Source: Hyaloraphidium curvatum SAG 235-1
Lineage: Eukaryota > Fungi > Monoblepharomycota
Reading direction: 5' to 3'
NCBI GenBank assembly: GCA_025558095.1
Contig: JAIVFI010000011.1
Span: 682,001 to 746,000 of the forward strand
Length of the DNA stretch: 64,000 nucleotides
The position numbers and the translations under genes are program-made. The notes under the pieces were generated by a model that saw nothing but the letters and a program-made list of their open reading frames with translations, ran no database searches and had not been told where the DNA came from. Positions within the stretch are counted from its first letter, which is position 1. Each line of letters begins with the position of its first letter. Positions 59,737 through 64,000 of this stretch are shown piece by piece.

Positions 59737-61563
59737 ATGCCGCGGCAGCTCGCGTGTTTGGAGTGCCGGAAGTCGAAGAAAGACTGCCGCGTCCCGGCCG
59801 CCGCCGAACAGTGCGAACGCTGCGCCGAGCGCGGGTTGGCGTGCGTGGTGCCGACGACGATGGCCAAGCCCGGGCCGAAGGGGCCGCGCAAGTCGAGCGC
59901 GGCGTCGCGGAAGCGCCCCCAGGTGCGGGAGGAGGCCGTTCAGTCGCCGGCGTCGTCGTCTTCGTCTTCCGCCGCCCTTCCGGGACTGCCGCTGGAAGTC
60001 GTGCATATTGCTCCGCTGCCGGAAAACGCTGCAACTCTGGCGGCCCTCGCCTTTTTCTTCGAGCTCACCGAATCGCCGGCGCCGATGATCCACCGCGACG
60101 CTGCAGGTGCGCGCTCGCCGTTCTTTGTCGCCTCGGCGCTGGCGCTGCTGCCCTTTGGGATGCGCGCCGCCGGCTTCCACGTGCCCCCGGACTGGACGCG
60201 GTTTCCCGCCATGTACGCCGCGAGGGCGGCATCCGAACTCGCCGCAGTGTTGGACCGTCCTGAGGACCCGGGACCGGCCGCCTTTTCGGCGCTTTCGAAC
60301 ATCCAGGTCGGGGCTCTCCTGGCCGGGCGCTCCACCGTGGCAGCCCAGCTTTTGCAAACAGCTCACGCCCTACTGGCCAAGCACGGGTACCTTAGGCCGC
60401 TGCCGAAGTGGAGGGACGCCGCGGCCGCGGAACTGGGCCGGGACGCGACGCCCGCGGCATATCGCGCCCATTACCTCGAATTCTACTCGAGGATACGGAT
60501 CTCCAACAGCATCCTCCTGCAGGCTTACGTCTCGCGGGGCTGGACGCGCCGGCTGGATCTCATGGAACCTCTGCACCCCTCCCTGCGCCGGCCCGCGTTC
60601 CCCTCCTCCGTCGCATGGAGGCTGACGAACGCTCCGACGTTCGACCCCCGTAGCGTGCCGGTCGAACCGTTGCTCTGCGATGCCGTTGGCTGGATCGACT
60701 TGGCGCCGGGATCGTCCGAGCGCGCCGCAGCTCTGGCGGCCCTGCCGAACCTCCTGCAGCGGACGAGGCAGGCCCTGCCGTTCCTCGCCGCCGCCCTCCG
60801 ATGCCAGGTGGACCGCTTCCTCGTGGGCTGCAGGCTGGCGGGCCTGCACTCGCCTTCGGAGCTCCCCGTTTCCCCTCCGGGAGACCTTCCCCGGCCGCTC
60901 GCGTCCCTCGTGTTGACGCGGGACTCCCTTTCGCGAACTCTCTCGGAGGCGCTTTCGGCGATCCCCGCCGAGGCCCAACTGGCCTTCAGCACGGGCTCCG
61001 CGGAGGCCCTTGTTTCCGCCTTTCCCACGTCGACCCCGGCCCACGCCCGGAACCAGGCCCCGCTGTACCTGGCCCTCGCGCTCCTGCCCCTGGAGCTGTG
61101 GACGAGCTTCGGCCTCCCTTTCGCCGGGGAGGACCCCTCCGACTCTGGCACCAGGCTCGCCCTCGAGATGTCGCACCACCCCGGCCTGCTCGCCTCGGCC
61201 ATCAGCACCACGCGGCTCCTCAGGTCCCTGACCCGCGGCGCCCCCGTGCTCAACCACACGCCCTACGCGATCGCGCTGTCGCTGTGCCACCTCCACGGGT
61301 CCGCCTTCCGGCTGCTTTCTGCGCGGCTCCCCGGGTCCCCCGCCGCGCTCGAGTGCCGGCGGGACGCGGAGGACTGCCTGGACATCCTGCGGGGCTACTC
61401 GGGCGCGAGCCCGGGGGCGGCGGCCGCGCTGCGCTGCGCGATCGGGGTGGTTTCGGGGGCGGGATTGGCCAAGGAGGAGTTCGACCGGGCGATGTTTGCG
61501 GGGGAGGGCGAGGAGAGGGAGGGGGTCGAGGAGCTGCTGGCGGCGTACGGCAGGGACGGGTAG
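59737..61563 (+). CDS. Fungal Zn(II)2Cys6 transcription factor, intronless
   Basis: ACLECRKSKKDC...CERCAERGLAC. Confidence 0.88.
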   Translation: MPRQLACLECRKSKKDCRVPAAAEQCERCAERGLACVVPTTMAKPGPKGPRKSSAASRKRPQVREEAVQSPASSSSSSAALPGLPLEVVHIAPLPENAATLAALAFFFELTESPAPMIHRDAAGARSPFFVASALALLPFGMRAAGFHVPPDWTRFPAMYAARAASELAAVLDRPEDPGPAAFSALSNIQVGALLAGRSTVAAQLLQTAHALLAKHGYLRPLPKWRDAAAAELGRDATPAAYRAHYLEFYSRIRISNSILLQAYVSRGWTRRLDLMEPLHPSLRRPAFPSSVAWRLTNAPTFDPRSVPVEPLLCDAVGWIDLAPGSSERAAALAALPNLLQRTRQALPFLAAALRCQVDRFLVGCRLAGLHSPSELPVSPPGDLPRPLASLVLTRDSLSRTLSEALSAIPAEAQLAFSTGSAEALVSAFPTSTPAHARNQAPLYLALALLPLELWTSFGLPFAGEDPSDSGTRLALEMSHHPGLLASAISTTRLLRSLTRGAPVLNHTPYAIALSLCHLHGSAFRLLSARLPGSPAALECRRDAEDCLDILRGYSGASPGAAAALRCAIGVVSGAGLAKEEFDRAMFAGEGEEREGVEELLAAYGRDG

Positions 61564-61596
61564 GAACCGATCCGGGGAGGTTCATAACACGTGCAG

Positions 61597-62685
61597 CTAG
61601 CCGTAGTTCGGCCTGGCGTCCCTGCACGCCGCCTTGTGCCCCTCGATCCACGCTTCCTTCTGGCAGGCGGCCCCGCAGTACCGCGCGACGAAGCACCTGG
61701 AACACCGCGACAGCGTCCCCAGCGCGGCCCGTTTCCCGCACCCGTCGCACGTGTCGGGCACGTTGCCGAACGTCCGGGTGTTGGTCTTTGCGGGGTCGAT
61801 CGCTGCCTTTCCCACGATCATGTCGGTCACTTCCCGCTTGCCGCGCATTTCGGCGGCAAATGCCGGGTCTGGGACGTGCGCGTGCGCGGCCAGGATGAAG
61901 TCGAGCGCCTGGTCGAGCGAATCGGCCGCCGGGGTCCCCCCGCGCTCCCTGACCTCGGCCGCGTGCGCGAGCCACGGCCCCGCGTTCTCCAGCACCACCA
62001 TCTGGAGCACGAGCTGCGGTATCGGAATGCCGACGAACCTGGTCCGCTTTGCCGGGGTGTCCAGCGACGGCTGCTTGGCGTGGAGGAGGTCCTTCCAGTC
62101 GTCGGCCAGCACGGTCCGGGCGGCGGCGTCCAGGAGCAGCACGTCGTCCGCCAGGCGATGCCGCACCGGCCTCGCCTTCGTCAACCGCTGCAAAATGGTC
62201 CAGACAGGCAGGACCTGCCTCTTGAAGGCGGCGTCGAAGGTCTCGGTGGCCTTTGCCATCGCTGCCGGTAAAGGCGAGCCCAAGCCGGCCCCCGAAGGCT
62301 CGTAGGCACCCCAGCGTTCGCGGATCGCGGCATCCGCAAAAGGCATCGCGATCCGCCTGATGACGGGATACAGGGAGGGGAGGAGCTCGAGGCAGAGGGC
62401 GCAGTACTGCTCGACCTCCATCGGTTCGGCCGGAACGCGTCCCTTGGGGAAGAACGTCGCCAACCCCTCGCGGCTGCGGACCGTGCGGTCCGAGAGCGCG
62501 AGCAGCTGCAGCATCACGATGCCGAGCGGGAGGTCCAGCGCCATCTGCAGCGGCATCGGCGCGGGGGCGGGCGGGCCGGCGGCAAGGCGTTCCAGCGCGC
62601 GGAGGGGCTCCTTGCACGCGTCCATGGCGGCGGCCGTCTCGCGGACGAAGCGGGCCGTGTCCATCTCGCTCCAGGAGGGCGCCAT
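61597..62685 (-). CDS. MYND zinc-finger protein, intronless
   Basis: CDGC...CSRCFVARYCGAACQKEAWIEGHKAAC. Confidence 0.85.
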   Translation of the reverse strand: MAPSWSEMDTARFVRETAAAMDACKEPLRALERLAAGPPAPAPMPLQMALDLPLGIVMLQLLALSDRTVRSREGLATFFPKGRVPAEPMEVEQYCALCLELLPSLYPVIRRIAMPFADAAIRERWGAYEPSGAGLGSPLPAAMAKATETFDAAFKRQVLPVWTILQRLTKARPVRHRLADDVLLLDAAARTVLADDWKDLLHAKQPSLDTPAKRTRFVGIPIPQLVLQMVVLENAGPWLAHAAEVRERGGTPAADSLDQALDFILAAHAHVPDPAFAAEMRGKREVTDMIVGKAAIDPAKTNTRTFGNVPDTCDGCGKRAALGTLSRCSRCFVARYCGAACQKEAWIEGHKAACRDARPNYG

Positions 62686-63002
62686 CGCGGGTGGCGGGTC
62701 CGATGGAATTGTGGGACCCGATGACGACCCCTACGCGGACTCGAGCTGGATACTCGAACCGTCCTTGAAGTTCTTGAACAGCACCCTCGTCAAGAGCGTT
62801 CTCATGACTTAGAACCAAAGGGCCGCGTGATTCATTCCACCTCTGCTAAGCAAAGTCAAGGCTCTATGTTTGGTATAGATGCCCAGGTAGCTATGTGCAC
62901 ACTCTTGCAGACCACTCCAGTCTATCTCCTCTTTTCTGTGGTGTAGCTTCTCATGCTACATCGGTTCCGCCTCTTGTCTAGCTTCTTGCGCTTGCGTCAG
63001 AT

Positions 63003-64000
63003 CTACATCTTCGCCTTTTTAGTCGCCGGGGCGTTCATGACCGCCGACGGCCTCGGGAAAGCAATCTGCCTGCTCGAAGAGTCGGGATTCCGAGCGATTC
63101 CGGAGCCACCAAGACACCCACCTCCCCACGGCCACCAGCTTCCCGTCTGCCCTCCACAGCGTGATCTCATACTCCGCCACGTCCCGCTCCAGCACCGTCA
63201 TCTGCGCTCTTGTCCGCAGCCACGAGTCCGAACCGTCGCCCGACGGCGGGCCGTCCCGAACCGGGTTCAGGAAGTGGATCGCCAGGCTGACGGTCGAGTG
63301 GCCGTAGGATGCGGGCCCGGAGGCGATGCCGCCGGACATGAGGAAGGCGCCGTACTGCCGCAACCCGGGTTAGCGCACCCCGGAGCGAAGGAATGAACGC
63401 CCAGCATGACGCACGTTGAACGATTGTGGCGCGTCGCAAAGGAACAGCGCGTGCACGTTCTCCGCCGGCCCCGCAACAACCTCCTTCCTCATCCGGATCC
63501 AGAAGTCCGTCCCGTCCGCGAGGTCCATCCAAGCGTCCACGTCACCGTCCCGCGCACCGTCCCCGCCATTCGCCTTCCGCGAGCGGATCAGCGACCACGC
63601 TTCGGCAACGCCGGGGGAGGGGTGGGTGTAGGCGTACTCGAGGTTCGCAAGGTACGGAGGTTTCTTCCAACCCGTGCCGTCGAGGAGGTCCTGGGGGGTG
63701 GGGTTCGAGGTGATGGTCGACGGCGTCGGCGCGGGTTTGGAAGGGCGGCGGTAGCGCGAGGTCGACGCGCTGATGTGCAGCGGCTGGTCGTGGGTGGCGA
63801 GGTCGCAGAAGGTGCCCTGGACGACGAGGAGGCACTTGGGTTCCGAAGGTTTGGAGGGCCTGCCGAGGGAGAACAGCTGGGGAGCCGTGCAATGAGCTCC
63901 TCCGCGGCAAGCATTCCGAACCAATCGCCGCAGCCCACTTCGCATCCCGCCACACAGGTCCGCTTGCCCTTCTTGACCACCCGCACGACCGCCTCCAGCG
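63003..64000 (-). CDS. Double hot-dog acyl-CoA thioesterase-like protein, 3' part; predicted to end AKM (PTS1-like)
   Basis: RVVKKGKRT, LFLCDAP, HSTVSLAIHF, EYEITLWRADGKLVAVGRQ. Confidence 0.7.

Noticed and set aside
58403-60034. Long Arg/Ala/Gly/Pro-rich ORFs in the track (also 32201-33499, 43227-44681, 53651-55009, 61250-62818)
   Set aside because: Shadow frames of real genes caused by high GC

Overview
Gene-dense, GC-rich eukaryotic DNA with many short GT-AG introns. A Zn2Cys6 factor, fungal-type TYR1 and VTC/ACS-MFS genes, together with CTNNBL1-, ELL- and MOCS2-like genes, suggest a fungus, probably early-diverging (inference). About 30 host genes were reconstructed by eye by splicing ORF fragments. 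Two accessory regions stand out. (1) A ~14 kb nested retroelement island (~9.5-23.1 kb) holds several copies of an APE-RT LINE (one inserted antisense into a sister copy), Copia gag/protease remnants, three solo-LTR types and a 367-bp TRIM. The Copia and TRIM primer-binding sites match the anticodon arm of tRNA-Lys(CUU). (2) At 35.7-38.7 kb (minus) lies a spliced, lower-GC gene encoding a bacterial-type GmrSD/SspE-like nuclease (DUF262 NTPase plus DUF1524 HNH) fused to a SAP-like DNA-binding module and a bipartite-NLS-like tail. This is the best candidate for an undescribed system. A TauD-MFS-TauD sulfur-scavenging cluster lies at 49-54 kb. Exon boundaries and family calls come from motif recognition only; no database searches were run.
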